A DNA stretch of 64,000 bases, taken from NCBI RefSeq assembly GCF_963921235.1, contig NC_086097.1, forward strand, positions 57,662,001-57,726,000. Reading direction: 5' to 3'. Made by a program: the position numbers and the translations under genes. The first letter of the stretch is position 1; each line of letters begins with the position of its first letter. Under the pieces are notes generated by a model that saw nothing but the letters and a program-made list of their open reading frames with translations, was not told the DNA's origin and did not search any database. The stretch comes from Mobula hypostoma (lineage: Eukaryota). Positions 25,036 to 38,070 of the stretch are shown here, one piece after another.

Positions 25036-26989
25036 ACTAGCCCTCCCTGCCATTATTATGCCTTCCCTGTATTTGCCTAGGATTCCTTTTCTTTCAAGAA
25101 ATTGTCCAGCACCATACAGACAGGAATCTCTGGAAACAGTTCAGCTTCGATGGAACCAGATTTTATATCCCTAAATATGATTTGACCACCTAGTTCTATT
25201 CTTTATTGAAGCAAAAAAAAATTAAAGCCTTAAACTTAATCTTGTGTTCCACTTGGCAGGCAAACGTGAGGTGGTTGGCTGCTGAGTGATTGGTTTTCCA
25301 TGACCTCAAGCTGAGTTTTGTGATGGGCCATTTCCACAGCTGGACTCACTGGACTGAGCTCAGGAATGGTGCAGGTTCAGATCGGGTCTCTTGAGCAGAA
25401 AATGGAAAATTCACCCATTATCTCCTTGTTATTCTTTTCTTGTCTGTGCTATGCAATTTTTCCTGCAAAAGGGATCAAAAATCCTCTATATCAGAGTTAC
25501 TTTCTGTCCCCAACAAAACTTGTTCTTTTCAATATGAACCCACAACCAGAATTGCTCAGATGTTTGATTTATAAGGCAGTCTTTGTACATCTTGAATAAT
25601 TCTCCTGTGTGCTGATGCTTTAAAAAGGAGCCACTGCACCCTGCCAAATCAAACTATTTTTCTTACCAGGCCTGGAAGAATTACTGTTGTTGTTGCTTCT
25701 CTACTGTTCTGTGATTTTTGAGGCCATTCCAAAACATATTTGTTCTTCAGACACAACACCTTTTCCTCATTTAAATAGGAAATTCCTGAATTGCAGAGTG
25801 CTGCTACAAATTGCTGATTAGAGCTATTTGTCAACTGCAGCAATTGTGTGATCGGGGGCCACGAGCAACAGGAAGCTGAATGCTGTTTATCTGGCACACG
25901 TCATCTTCAAATAATAGCTTTTGACTCCATTTCTTTGATTTGCACAGGAACTTCAAGTAGAAACTTAGACTGAGGCTTCAGTCATATGGTAGCACAACAG
26001 CATTCATATCATTAGTGATCGTCGGGATTAATTTACAGAATCATGACTATAAAGCCAACACATAGACTGACCCTGTGGAAGTCATCTGTTGATTGGTTTA
26101 CAACCTAGCAAGAAGCACAGTCTCTGAAGAATGTATTTTTGAGAATGTACTGTGCCTATTTGAATTTCTTTGCATGACAAAGAAGGTAAACAGTCACACA
26201 GAAGGAAGCATTGCTGGGCATACAGTACATCATATTAAATATTTGAAAGCACTTTCTAGAGTCTCCACAGATCAGAAATTAATTCTGTTTTGACAGGTTT
26301 ACAGTAAATATAAGAGAGAATTTCCAGCTGTTTCCTTGGAGTTTAAAATGTCAAATAAGTTAATCCAAAGAACTCTGAACCCAAGACAAAATTAATGTTT
26401 ATCATTTTGAGCTCGGTTATTTAATGACGTGCAAGTCAGAATGCTAAAAAAGAACATTTCTACATTTAGGGCGTAAAACCAAGGTTTGTCACAAGGGTTT
26501 TATCCAATTTGTTGACTTTCTCGCTTAAGCTAGATCCTATTATAAAAGACACAATTTACAAGCAATTACACTGGTTGAATCCAATTAATAATTTTCTATC
26601 TCTGTCAATAACTGTATGAAAAGATACTTAAATTTGGAATGCGTACTATGTTTATGTGCACAGAACAATCACTGGCTGTCATGTGATAGCATCTTTTTAG
26701 TGAGGGCAAAGTCTATATGCATGGGAAATTTTGAAGACACAGTTCTGTTGATGGTAATTCAGAGGGGACAGAGTAGTTCCAATCAGTGATCTGTTGCACT
26801 GGTTTAGGTGAGTTGAAAAGGTGTGATGTGCACTTGTGGCCAATAAACTTAACTGATTTTCAAGGATATCCACTTACCAGTGTGCATTTTTGCAACACCA
26901 ATAGAATACAAGTTAAATATGATCTTGCATTTTAGCTCAGTCTCTTTGCCTCTTACAGGGTCACATACTGCAGTCCTTCACTTTGAAGA

Positions 26990-27480
26990 AGTAACGTGCT
27001 GAGGGATAAAAGGCAACCGGAGAATATATATTGCTTAGAATTCTAGAATGCATTTAATAAGGTGTCATGTGAAGGGTTACTGGGGAAAATAAAAACTCAT
27101 GGTATAAGAATTAACTATTGGAGTGTAAACAAAAGAGAGAAAATAGGCAGTGTAGGCCTAAATAGGTGTTACTAGCAAATTATATTAAGTGGAGAGCTGC
27201 AGGGATTGGTGCAAGAGCCACAATATTTTATAATTTAAATTAAAGAATATATTTCATTCGCACATTTTACAGTTTACTTCCCCTGATGTGCAACTCGTAG
27301 TTAAACAAGATTAAACTTACTGCTAACACAAATATTAGTTGGTAACTAAGTTGTGAAGAGGACACAAGGGTGTTACAAAGGGATATGGATAGATATGTGA
27401 TTGGGTAATGGTCTGGCACATGGAGTATAATATGGAATAATACAAAATTATCCACTTTGATACAAAACTTTTAAAAAACA
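26990..27480 (+). mobile_element. Decayed CR1 RT fragment
   Basis: AFNKVSCEGLLGKIKTHG remnant and LQRDMDR...WHMEYN. Confidence 0.65.
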
Positions 27481-27559
27481 GAACAAATTAGAACTACCAA
27501 TACTACAATAAAACCGTGTATTAGTTTCTAATAGTTATCGATGGAGGAATTTATCCAGT

Positions 27560-28065
27560 ATATACTCCCTTGTCTGGGCTGTCCAGGGAGGGGTAACACC
27601 TCTGGTGAAGGGGCTTGTCCTGTCCATTCTGGGGCAGCTCACTCACCTTTGGTTCCCAGCGGACACTCAGCCCTCACCTGTGGCTTCAAGTAGCTGTTTG
27701 CATGTGACAGCGGCCACACTGCGGTCTGCTTCGACAGGTAGGCTAAACCAGGCGAAGGTAGCTGGCAGGCCTCGTACCCCGGTGAAACAGGGACACACCT
27801 GTCCTAGCAGGTGAAGTCAGCTCCAGCGGACCGGGCAGGTGAGATCAACAATGAGATCCAGCAGACAGTTCGGTGGCTTCTGCAACACTTCTTGGAGACC
27901 AAAGGGCATGATAAGGTGTAGAAGTCATCATGTTTATCTACTGTAACCAAGAACCCAGTTTCTGATCACTACTCATACCACTGGGCCCAGATTTCTGAGG
28001 TTGAGAGAATGGTACCGTCTCAGTGCAACAGATTTTCCACTTTAAAACTCTCCTGCACAGGTTTC
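27560..28065 (+). mobile_element. Unclassified GC-richer repeat (possibly RTE 5' region)
   Basis: Abrupt compositional block beginning CTTGTCTGGGCTGTCCAGGGAGGGGTAACACCTCTGGTGAAGGGGCTTG; family assignment is tentative. Confidence 0.4.
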
Positions 28066-28066
28066 A

Positions 28067-28667
28067 CTGGCATTGTCGGACACGGCAGACAACCAACACA
28101 CACCCACGTTCTTTTGGTTGACTGAAAATGAACACAATTAGCGTGGACAACAGAGTGCCTTCATGCAAGCTATCAATGCTTGCATCCTCTAAATCTTCAT
28201 TTCCATTGCAATGTTGAAGATGATTGGTGATGCCTTCAAATTCTTCATAATTCCTAAGTTGCCGAAATAGTGAAATCATTTCATTTTCAGTCCCAGCCGT
28301 TTCTGGCATCTCCAAACCTGAATGCTTGAAAGTGCAGTAAGCAAAATAGTTCTAAATTGTCTGTTTATTTCTTGCCATCAGTGACAAAAAAAAACCTCTT
28401 TTGAACACAAACACACCCAAATGATACTACTTAACATCTATTCGCTCTAAACACGCTGCAGTGTCTAACGATCAGACAACTTCACGTGACTGACGCCAGT
28501 TAGAAACTGGTCAGCAAAAATCTCCTGTCCCAATCAAGTGACATTGTGTCCCAAATAAATAAGGAAATCCTGGCTATTTTCTTGATTAGTTTTTGTTCTT
28601 TAAGAGTTGTCCCAAATAAACAGCTGTCCTGATTAACCAATGGACCAATTAATAGGAATCCAGAGTA
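28067..28667 (-). mobile_element. Tigger/pogo-like non-autonomous DNA transposon
   Basis: ORF 28064-28315 (ENEMISLFRQLRNYEEFEGITNHL) matches 48632-48916. TIR-like CCAATTAATAGGAATCCAGAG-TA at the right end. Confidence 0.7.
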
Positions 28668-29884
28668 CATCACGTTTATTGGTTTACTCCTTTCAATTCA
28701 ACTCATCACAGCCTCACAGAACACCTGCACATTAATCAATGCAATTTTCCTTTCATAAATCCATATTGATTCTTCTTAATCCTAATATTCTTTTTGAGTT
28801 ATTTTGTTATGACAACTTTATTGTAGATTTCATGAACTCTTTTTTGACTAACAGGCCAGTAATTGTCTGTTTTCCTTCTCTCTTTCTTAAACATTGGGAT
28901 CACATTTGCAAACCTCTAATTCACCTGAATAATTCTAAAATCCTTAGAAATCTGGAAGGTGATACTTAAACATCCACTATCTCTAATAGTGCTGAGAGAG
29001 AAGCTTTTCACTGAAACACTAACTTTATTTTTATTTTTCCATAGATGTTAGCTATTGAGTGTTCCAGTATTTACTGTTTGTATTTTCCTTCGGGATTAAT
29101 AAAGTTTTAACTTATTTTATCTTATTTCAGGTTTCCAACATTAGCATTTGTTTTATTCTACCTTTATCCCTCTTTCTTCTTTATTTTAAAAACTCAGTTT
29201 ATACTGAACAATTGAGTCAGGGTCTGGTCCAGTTCCAATTCTGTTGGGTGCAGTCTGATGTTCATTGTAATAAAGGGCTAACTATATGGAAATTGTCAAC
29301 TTCGATCATAATAAAATTCAATCATAACAAATTCCAAAATGTAAACATAGCTAAAAAATCAGGTTACGTCGGTTTTATATAGAGCAAACAAAACACAATG
29401 AAAGTTGTTTGATTGCCAGAAAAGCTCAAAGAATCCACTGTTTACCTATAGGAAGAGAACCTATCTCCTAGTTGCTGACTAGCCTACAAGTACCATAACA
29501 TGATTAATTCTTCAGGCCCTTATGACACCCATGGCTAAGCAAATACTTTGACAATTTTGCCTGCATAATAAGAACAAAAAAAACTTCACAATGTCATTGT
29601 AATAAACAATTGGGGTTAATTACTTGCAAAGTCTTTTAAAATTTTGATTTGGCATCATTGAGTTTTCCAGCAGCTCCACTGCCTATGTTTGTACAGAAAC
29701 TTGCGAATTTCATGGCAGCATACAATGAAGAACATGCAAGGAGCATGTACACTAAGGGCAAATGGCAAAGTCAATTAAATATTTGTTCCACAAGCCTGGT
29801 ATTGAGGAAGGTGTTAAAGGTAGGCAGAGAATAACAAGAGCCAACTAGTTGGAGACAATTGAACGTAACTTACTTATCTTACTA

Positions 29885-30142
29885 TTTAGAGATACAGTGT
29901 AGAATGGGCCCTTCCAACCCAACAAGCCACACTGCCCAGTAACCCCTAGCCATACCACAGGACAATTTACAATGATCAATTCAGCTAATAACCGATACGT
30001 CTTTGGACGATGAGAGGAAACCGGAGGAAATCCACATGGTCAAGGGGAGAATGTACAAACTCCTTACAGACGAATTGAACTCCAGACTGACATCTTAAGC
30101 TGTAATAGCATCATGGTAACCGTTACACTACCATGGCACCCC
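29885..30142 (-). mobile_element. tRNA-derived V-type SINE
   Basis: Reverse strand: GGTGCCATGGTAGTGTAACGG head, GTTCAATTC B-box and TCCTCCGGTTTCCTC V-domain. Paralogues at 42090-42384 and 37800-38070. Confidence 0.8.
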
Positions 30143-31179
30143 ACTGTCAGCTGAAAGATTAGAGTTACAGCCAGAAGTAACACAAATACAAAAAGTTAGG
30201 AGTTGCTAGAATCCAATTACCTCAGTGCTACATTTAAATCACAGTTTGAGATGGTTAGGGTTATATATTCCATATTTTCTGTATGCCTACCACATGGTGT
30301 TGAATTACTCCTGTGTAAAATAATCCTATCCATAAATAACTTGCAGGAATACATTTCTATTTTGATTGGAAACCTCATATAGTTTATTAAATCCATGTAT
30401 AAAGGCTTTTAATCAAATGATACTTCTAAAAGCCTCCAGAGTACTGATCTAGGTATTTTCTTTCTTGATCATTTATTTTAAATTGAACTTGAGGGGGAAT
30501 TAAATATTAAAGAGTTAATGATTTTAAACCATTGAATAAAATTAATTTAATGGATACAAGGCTAGAACAAAATGCTTGTTTGCTGGAAACTTGCTATAAG
30601 TTAATAAAAACTGCAGTGGTCAGATTTGCAACCGGAGTCATCTGAGATTAGCAGTAAGAATCCTGAAGTTTCTTTCCCAAATTCAGATATGCAGACAGTC
30701 ATTTGAGAAACCCTTGTTCTGGTAGAGATTCAAGACTGAATGTGGTCTGCATGGTTTAGTTATTCCTTACTTCGTATCCACTTACTGTACAACTGCAGAA
30801 GATGCATAAGTGTACTGAAAGCATGAAAGTTCTAATTTTTTGAAAATTTCTGAAGTCCACTGATGTGTTGCAACATTCTATATGTTTATAAGCCATGCAG
30901 ATGAAACAATCTTCTTTATTTGATCTCCATTCCATGACACAAATGTTCTGCCTCTCAACGTCCAGGTTGGGATAAGACCTCTGAAAAGTACCTCTTCCTC
31001 AGAATATGGGAAAGAAGTTCTAATTTATAGTATGACTCGATCTGAAATTCAGCATGAGACCCAATCATCTAGCAATGAGTACCATTTGATTGGGTCAAAT
31101 ACTCGGAGAAGCAGCAGCAAAGATTGATGTTAATATCAATGAATTCACTTGGTGGAACTCAGTTGGAGGCCTGCAAATA

Positions 31180-31976
31180 CACTCAGTAGTAACTTCATTG
31201 GCTACCTCCTGAACCTGATAAAGTGGCCACTTAGTGTATGTTTGGGTTTTCTGCTGCTGCAGCCCATCCACTTCAAGATTCAACATGCTGTGTGTTCAGA
31301 GATGCTCTTCTGCAAACCACTGTTGTAACACGTGGTTATTTGAGTTACTGTCGCCTTCCTGTCAGCTTGAACCAGTCTGGCCATTCTCCTCTGACCTCGC
31401 TCATTAACAAGACAGTTGCGCCCACAGAACTGCCACTCACCGGATGCTGCTTTTTGTTTTTTTGCACCATTCTCTGTAAACCCGAGAGATTGTTGTGTAT
31501 GAAAGCCCCCAGGAGATCAGCATTTTCTGAGATTCTCAATCCACCGTGTCTGGCACCAACAATCAATTCTTGAGCAGATCTGCATGGTTTTATGCATGAG
31601 TTGCTGCCATGACTAACTGATTAGATACGCAAGCACGAGGAAATCTGCAGATGCTGGAATTTCAAGCAACACATAAAAGTTGCTGGTGAACACAGCAGGC
31701 CAGGCAGCATCTCTAGTAATGCTAGCTCTTCTTTCAGTTAGTCCTGACAAAGGGTCTCGGCCCAAAACGTCGACTGTACCTCTTCCTAGAGATGCCGCCT
31801 GGCCTGCTGTGCTCACCAGCAACTTTTATGTGTGTTAACTGATTAGATATTTGCATTAATAGCATTCCTCAAAGTTCAAGTTCAATTTATTATCAGAGTA
31901 CATACATGTCACGACGTACGACCTTGACATTCTTTTTCTGCAAGCATACTTGGCAATACAAAGTGGTCACTTAGTG
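31180..31976 (-). mobile_element. Tc1-like non-autonomous element with TA-flanked TIRs
   Basis: TA|CACTCAGTAG... left and ...AAAGTGGTCACTTAGTG|TA right. ORF 31345-31566 starts MIVGARHGGLRISENADLLG. Contains a Penelope insert. Confidence 0.85.
31628..31835. mobile_element. Short inverted Penelope derivative
   Basis: 14-bp TSD TAACTGATTAGATA (31614-31627 / 31836-31849), inverted arms, and a hammerhead at 31739-31776 with G-to-A changes in the core. Confidence 0.9.
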
Positions 31977-32089
31977 TACATCTCCATAAAGAGAGGGGCA
32001 TGCCCTCGAGCTGATCAATCACCTTTTAAAGGGTCTGAAGAAAGCTGGAAGATCACAGTACTTCTCACATTTTACAATACTTCCTGATC

Positions 32090-32527
32090 ACATATGAAGA
32101 GTGTTTGATGGTTCTGGACCTGTACTCACTGGAATTTAGAAGAATGAGGGATACTTCATTGAAACCTACTGAATATTGAAAGGCTGAGATAGAGTGGATA
32201 TGGAGAGGATGTATCCAATATTGGGAAAGTCTAGGACTAGAGGGGACAGTCTCAGAATGGAATGATCAGAGATGAGGAGAAAATTCTTTAGCCAGAGGGT
32301 GGTGAATCTGTGGATTTAATTGTCACAGAGGCCCATGGAAGCCAAGTCATTGGTACATTTAAAGCAGAGATTGACAGGTTCTTGATTAGTAAGGGTGGCA
32401 ACAGTTATAGGGAGAAGACAGGAGAATGGCATTGAGAGGGAAAATAAATCAGCCACAACAGAATGGTGGAGAAGACACAATGGGCCAAATGGCCTAATTT
32501 TGCTCCAAAGTTTTATGGTCTTATGGA
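32090..32527 (+). mobile_element. CR1 LINE 3' end
   Basis: LYSLEFRRMR, FFSQRVVNLW, CR1 3' UTR and (TTATGGTC) tail. Confidence 0.9.
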
Positions 32528-32599
32528 GTGATGCAGGAAGAGGAGGGTGAGAAAATTTCCTCTTGGGTAAGAGTAGAGCCAACTCTAAGATATTGTTTG

Positions 32600-35500
32600 G
32601 TGATTGTATCTTCCGGGAGACTGTAGATTTAATACCTCTTTGTCTACCTTAGAACCGCAGATGAAAACATGAATGCGCTGTTAGTTCTCGAGTGAATAGG
32701 TTGCATAGGTCGGGGATTTTTAAGCGGGTCAACTCTTGAACATAAGCTCTGTGCGTCGCTATCCAAACCCCAAAATTAATATGATAACATGGGAACGGCA
32801 AATCGGTTCAAACCCCATCTGAAATTTGCACCACTTAGTGCGAAGATGCACAAATCCTTTAGATGTTGCAAGGATCGGCTAATACCTTGCTTCCGCACCC
32901 GGTACATTTCCGGTCTTCAAGTCCATGTCATCGTTGTCATCTTTTATCTCCCGACTTCATTCTTGGAGTTTGAAATATTATCTTTTCCGCCGTTTTGGAG
33001 AAAAGAGTGTTCAAAGCAGAGCAGTTGAAAGTGTTTGCTTTCGATGTAACTGGTGTGAAGAAACGCAAGACCAAAAAGATGAACACTTGGAGAGCTGCAG
33101 TCGGCACCACAAATTGGATCTAGAAATATGTCAATTGTCCCACTTCCAGTCACTGTTAAAATGAAAGTGTAGGCAGCATTACGATGAGACTAGTTGAGCC
33201 TTCAGCTAGGCGGTGAAACGGGAGCCGCAAATCTACGTGACAACGAGTGGATCATCAAAACAGAAATATTGCAGCTTTAAAATAAACAAACACAGCAACA
33301 AAGAGAGGGATAAACCCGAGGAATGGTTGCTTGCATACCTGTGTCTTAACTGCTGGAAAAAATCTGATTTCCTAAGCAGATTCATTCAACACATCCAAAG
33401 ATATTTTGGTTTCTCCAACGCCAGGTGGAGAAGGATAACAAATGAAAGGGGCAGCACTGGCACTCTCTAAAAATATTTGTGTTTGTTCACTCTGGGTGGG
33501 AAATCTTCTTAGTCCTTTTACAACAAAAACAAATCTGCCTTTGCAAATGAAGAAATGAAATCGGGAGCAAGTTGAATGCACCGACAAGAGTGAACATAAC
33601 AAAACTGAGGACGATGTCCCTGACTCTCACAAGATATTTATAGATTATTGTGGTCAATAGGAGACAGAACCGGAGCACCACGTTATCAGCTCCTCTGAAT
33701 TACATTGCGTTGCGCTCGCTGCTGATTTCTAGATTGAATTAGTGGTGCTGAGATTCAGCTCTATAATTGCTAACCTTTCTTTTAATGTGAAGTTTACTAA
33801 CACTGCTGCTCAGCTTTTCAGCTTCATTAGTGAACCGAGCACATGGGCAATTTTGTCCTGGAAGTGCTGCACATTTCCCTGATCTCGACTGCATTTCACT
33901 TCTCAATTCTCTCGCATAATCTGTCTGGTCAGTGATCCCCAAAGTTTCCGAGTTGGGTCCAGTCGCCATTTACTTTGTCCTGGCAAGTTACACACGGCAT
34001 GTTCGGGAGAGTGCGGTGGTATTGTTCTGTGACCATACGTGAAAAAAAACCCAAAGTGAATTGATCGAGCTCACTTCGTGATTCGCAGTGAGTTCACAAT
34101 TTGCATCGTTCTCGTGCTATCGGATCAACGTGCAAGATTAGTTAAACCTACAAATACGCCATTATCTTCCCGAGATGTTACAAAGCCTGAATGCCCACTC
34201 AATGACATTTTGCCAGTGACTTAAGTAATAATTAAAGTGCAAACAGCTACTTATAGATAAGTGAGGAAACCCCCGAGAATTAATTATCTGATAATTATAT
34301 GGGAGATGCAAATGACTAATTACATCAGAGACTGAGAATCCTTCCTTCCTTATAATTTCAGGAGTTGATTAATTTTAATATCTGTCCGACAGGGAGCTAA
34401 TTTAATGATCTTGCAATTCGTATTTGAATAATGATGGCTAAAATATAACATGGTCACCCCGACGTCTGAATCTTTACGTCCGTCCGCCCGGCATAAGATT
34501 ACTTGGCTGTGCAGATTGTAGTGCGAGCCATTCTGAAGTCCTCATCAGCATAATGCACACAGAATAACCAACTCCAGTTTCATAACTGCCGCGGGTGCAT
34601 GAATTACAAATGGTCACAAATTAGTTCTCATCTTGAGTACATCAAATAATGGTGGCCCTCGATTCTCTCCTTTCTGTTAATTCCAGCTTTGATGTAAGCT
34701 AACGACTTCCACTCTCAAAATACTCGATTCAAAATTGTTAAAGACTGCCTTTTAATAATTCTGCCATCGTTTTCTCCGCATTGCAGTTTCATATTGCAAC
34801 ACGTGCTGTTCCCGTTTACAAGCTTCAGGGGAGAGGGGTTTGCGGGAAATGAAAAAGTGGGGTTCCGTACGAAGCTCCGGTTTCTAGTTCTTACTGCTCT
34901 AATCTAAATCACGGCATCCTGCCATTTACACAGAGGTAGTTGAAATGAAGCTACAGCAGAATGCACATTCCAGGTCATTAACCATTTCAGAATCCATGCC
35001 TCACAGTATCACCAGGATTCCAGATTGCTGCATTGCTCCGTCTGCGGGGAGTGCTACACATAGAGCGGCAAACTAGAAATAAACGCTGAAAAATTCGGGA
35101 CAGCAGACGAATTGCAGCATCAAATTTACTGTCATGTAGATTTACACTGATGTTAACAGTTTTAAGTGAAAGCGAAATAAACAAATGGGTGAGAAAGAGT
35201 GGGACCAATAGAAAGAGAGGTAAAGTGGTGGCAACCAGCCAATTGGGCTAAATAGCTCGTTTAGTGTAGGGCAAATCTTATGTAAATTATGTAAATCGTA
35301 TGTAAATTTACCTAATAAAATCTACTTAATATGCTATTATATTACAACAAATTGTGTGTGATCTGATTTGCAAATAATGAAATAAGATACCCGAGGTTGA
35401 GGTTAATTTGCCACTGTTGACGGCCGTTGAAAACTACCTTTTGCGTGCAGAGGAATGGCAAGATCTAGGAAGAATTGAATGAAATGTGGTGGGAATTAAG

Positions 35501-35700
35501 AAAGGGGTCATTTGTAGGACTGGTGTAGATGACTGCTTCATGGTCAGCACAGACTCGGTGGCCCGGAGTTTCCGAGCTGTATTTCCGCTAAACTCTGCCT
35601 CGGTGATCTCGAGAAGTAACTGAATACTAAGAAGAGAGGTAAGAATGTTAGTGAAAAATCATTTTGAATGGGAAGGTTTTAGATGGTATTCTCAAGGTGC
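32600..35700. promoter_or_regulatory. CpG-enriched, repeat-poor block (candidate promoter, 5' UTR or enhancer)
   Basis: Visibly more CpG than the flanks and about 3 kb with no sizeable TE. Octamer ATGCAAAT at 34306-34313 among many TAAT/ATTA cores. Confidence 0.45.
32886..32926 (-). CDS. Candidate short first coding exon (MDLKTGNVPGAEA, phase 2) of an unidentified gene
   Basis: Kozak-like GACATGG, upstream in-frame TGA and donor AAG|GTATTA, in a repeat-free CpG-richer block. Peptide not recognised and no downstream exon found. Confidence 0.3.
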
Positions 35701-36263
35701 GAAAGAAAATGATAAACTGACCACATATCCTTCAAAAGTAGGATTTGTCAGTTGTTTACAAAGTAAACATTGAGAAGGACAAGACAAGAACTGAGCTCCA
35801 TGGGCGGCCATCATTCAATTAACAAATGTAATTTATTGTTTGGAGAGAGAAATGAAGTCACCTTCATCCCTTGACGGTGGCCTACTCAATCAAATGGTTT
35901 CTCACACAGAGCAGATTTTCCTCAAATCTGTTCAAAGGGATTTGTTAATTCATTTACATAGATAACGTTGTTCATAGTCAAAAATAAAAGCAGAAAATGC
36001 TGGTCAGGCTGCTTCTGTGGTGAGTTAACGGTTCAGATCAAGGACCCTCCCGCAGGGCACAGTCAATCTAGAATTCTGTGTGCCCTGAGACCTCGAACTC
36101 CATGAAGCTTACTTCCTGAAGTGGCAACTTCAACTAAACCACCCCAACGCAACCGGATTGTGCATTGACCGGAATGTTCTATTTGCCAAACACAAACTTT
36201 GTGTTTATTCCTATAGGGGTCCCCAGGAATACACTGCAAAATCAAATTATTATTACGTCATTC

Positions 36264-37734
36264 TGTCACACTGGCAGGGCATAGGGAGCGAGGGTGGACC
36301 CAAATGCAAGACACGTCTTGTGAGGTTAATTAAATTTAGTTTATTGTTCGACATCAGGAGAGTTAGGCAGGAGCAGGAGTAGCGAACTGGACAAGGACTG
36401 AGGACTACGACTAGGCTGGGACCAAGGGTTTGGGCTAGGACTCGGAATCGGCTCCCAGAACTAAAGGAGACATGAAGAGGCTAGGGTATGGACTCCGAGC
36501 CAGAGACTGGGCAAGGACCCAGTACCTGGGTCTTGCCTCGGGCTCAGACCCCAGAACCAGGCATGGACATGACATGGGCTAGGGAGAGGAGTAACATGGG
36601 AACACAGAGCCTCGGTCTTGGGAGAGCAGGTACATGGAACCATGGACACATACACAGAACAGAGAGTTGGGACCCCTCCTTGGGTACAGGACATAGGGCC
36701 GGGACTCACACACAGAACAGAGAGCCAGGACCCCTCCTTGGGTACAGGACATAGGGCCGAGACTCATGACCCTCCGCGGGGCAACGGCAAGACGGCCTGA
36801 CTTACCCCCATGGAGGCAAGGACCAGACAAGACAAAACATGACCCCCCCGCGGAGTAACGGCAAAGCGGCCTGACTTACCCCACAGAGGCGAGGACAAGA
36901 CAAGACAAGACCAACACGAATGAACACCAGACAGTACCTATCTAGCTCCGGTGATGGAACTAGACCGAAGTGCAGGCAGTGGCTGCAGACGAGGGCTAGA
37001 GGCGAGAGGGGCAGAGAAGGGATTCAGCAGGGGGGTAGGACAGGAATCACAGACCGCCAGGGCAAGGACTTGACTCAGAACTGGGAAGCTGCCAGGGCCA
37101 GGACTTGACTTGGTGCTTGAATGCTGCCAGGACCAGGACTTGACTTGGTGCTTGAATGCCGCCAGGACCAGGACTTGACTTGATGCTTGAATACTGCCAG
37201 ACCCAGGACTTGACTTGATGCTTGAATGCCGCCAGATCCAGGACTTGACTTGGTGCTAGATTGCCGCCAGGGCCAGGTCTTGACTTGGTGCTAGAATGCC
37301 GCCAGGGCCAGGACTTGACTTGGAGCCTCCGGGTAGTGGTGAGCTCTCGACACGGCCGGGAACAGTAGACAGCGGTTCTAGATTCCTTCCGGCAGGTTAA
37401 CTGACGGACCCACCTCAGTGAGGAAACTTTGCAGGCTTGCTTTGCGAGGTAACTGGACAGGGTTACTCCGGTGAGGAGAGGCGAATTACCGGCACTCGCT
37501 TTGGCAGAGACTAGGCTTGCTCCGGCCAGATGACATTGGTACACCATACCTTGGATGACTTTGCAGATGCTCCCATGCCGAACGGCTGAAATCCGGAGAC
37601 TATAAACTACCGGTTCAGCTGAGCGTTAATTGCCTCTAATCACCAAAGTCGAGGGACACGGGAAAACGGAATCAATGGTCCGGATCGTAACATAAACAAC
37701 GTAAATTTAAAGGGACCCCAATCGGACCATAACA
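36264..37734 (-). mobile_element. Solo LTR (Gypsy-like), 1471 bp
   Basis: TGT...ACA termini; exact 5-bp TSD CATTC (36259-36263 / 37735-37739); minus-strand AATAAA at 36340-36345 followed by TCTTGCATTTGGGTCC. Confidence 0.85.
37056..37323. repeat. 35-bp minisatellite, about 7.5 copies, inside the LTR
   Basis: Unit GCCAGGACCAGGACTTGACTTGGTGCTTGAATGCC, starting at 37056, 37091, 37126 and onward. Confidence 0.9.
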
Positions 37735-37799
37735 CATTCTCACTCGCTCCCTTAGTCATGAGGTCAAACAAGCCCTTTGCCACACCAAGTCCGTACCAA

Positions 37800-38070
37800 C
37801 AATTAACCACTCATCTCCAACCCTACATGAAATCCATTTTATTCTCTCCACATATCCATCAACTCCTCCCAAATTCTACCACTCAACATACAAACTAAAG
37901 AAAATTGTAATGGCCAATAACCTAACATGTCCTTGGGATGAATCCCGAACAACCTGAGGAAATTATATATAGTCACAAGGAGAATATGGAAACTCCACAC
38001 TGTCAGCAGCAGAGGCCAAGATTGAACCCGCGTTTCCGGAACTATGAGCTAGAAGCTCTCCCATGCCATG
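37800..38070 (-). mobile_element. Old V-type SINE
   Basis: GATTGAACCCG (reversed B-box) and GGAGAATATGGAAACTCCACAC, as in the other SINE copies. Confidence 0.65.

Noticed and set aside
25667..25786. Minus-strand exon candidate with strong donor CTG|GTAAGA
   Set aside because: The only open frame is phase 1, incompatible with the phase-2 exon at 32886, and the peptide is unconvincing.
35278..35308. Triple TATGTAAAT as clustered POU sites
   Set aside because: It follows a CR1-like 3' end remnant, so it is more simply a retroposon tail repeat.
37056..37323. Regularly spaced repeats suggestive of a CRISPR array
   Set aside because: Units are contiguous 35-mers with no unique spacers, lie inside an LTR, and the context is eukaryotic with no cas genes.
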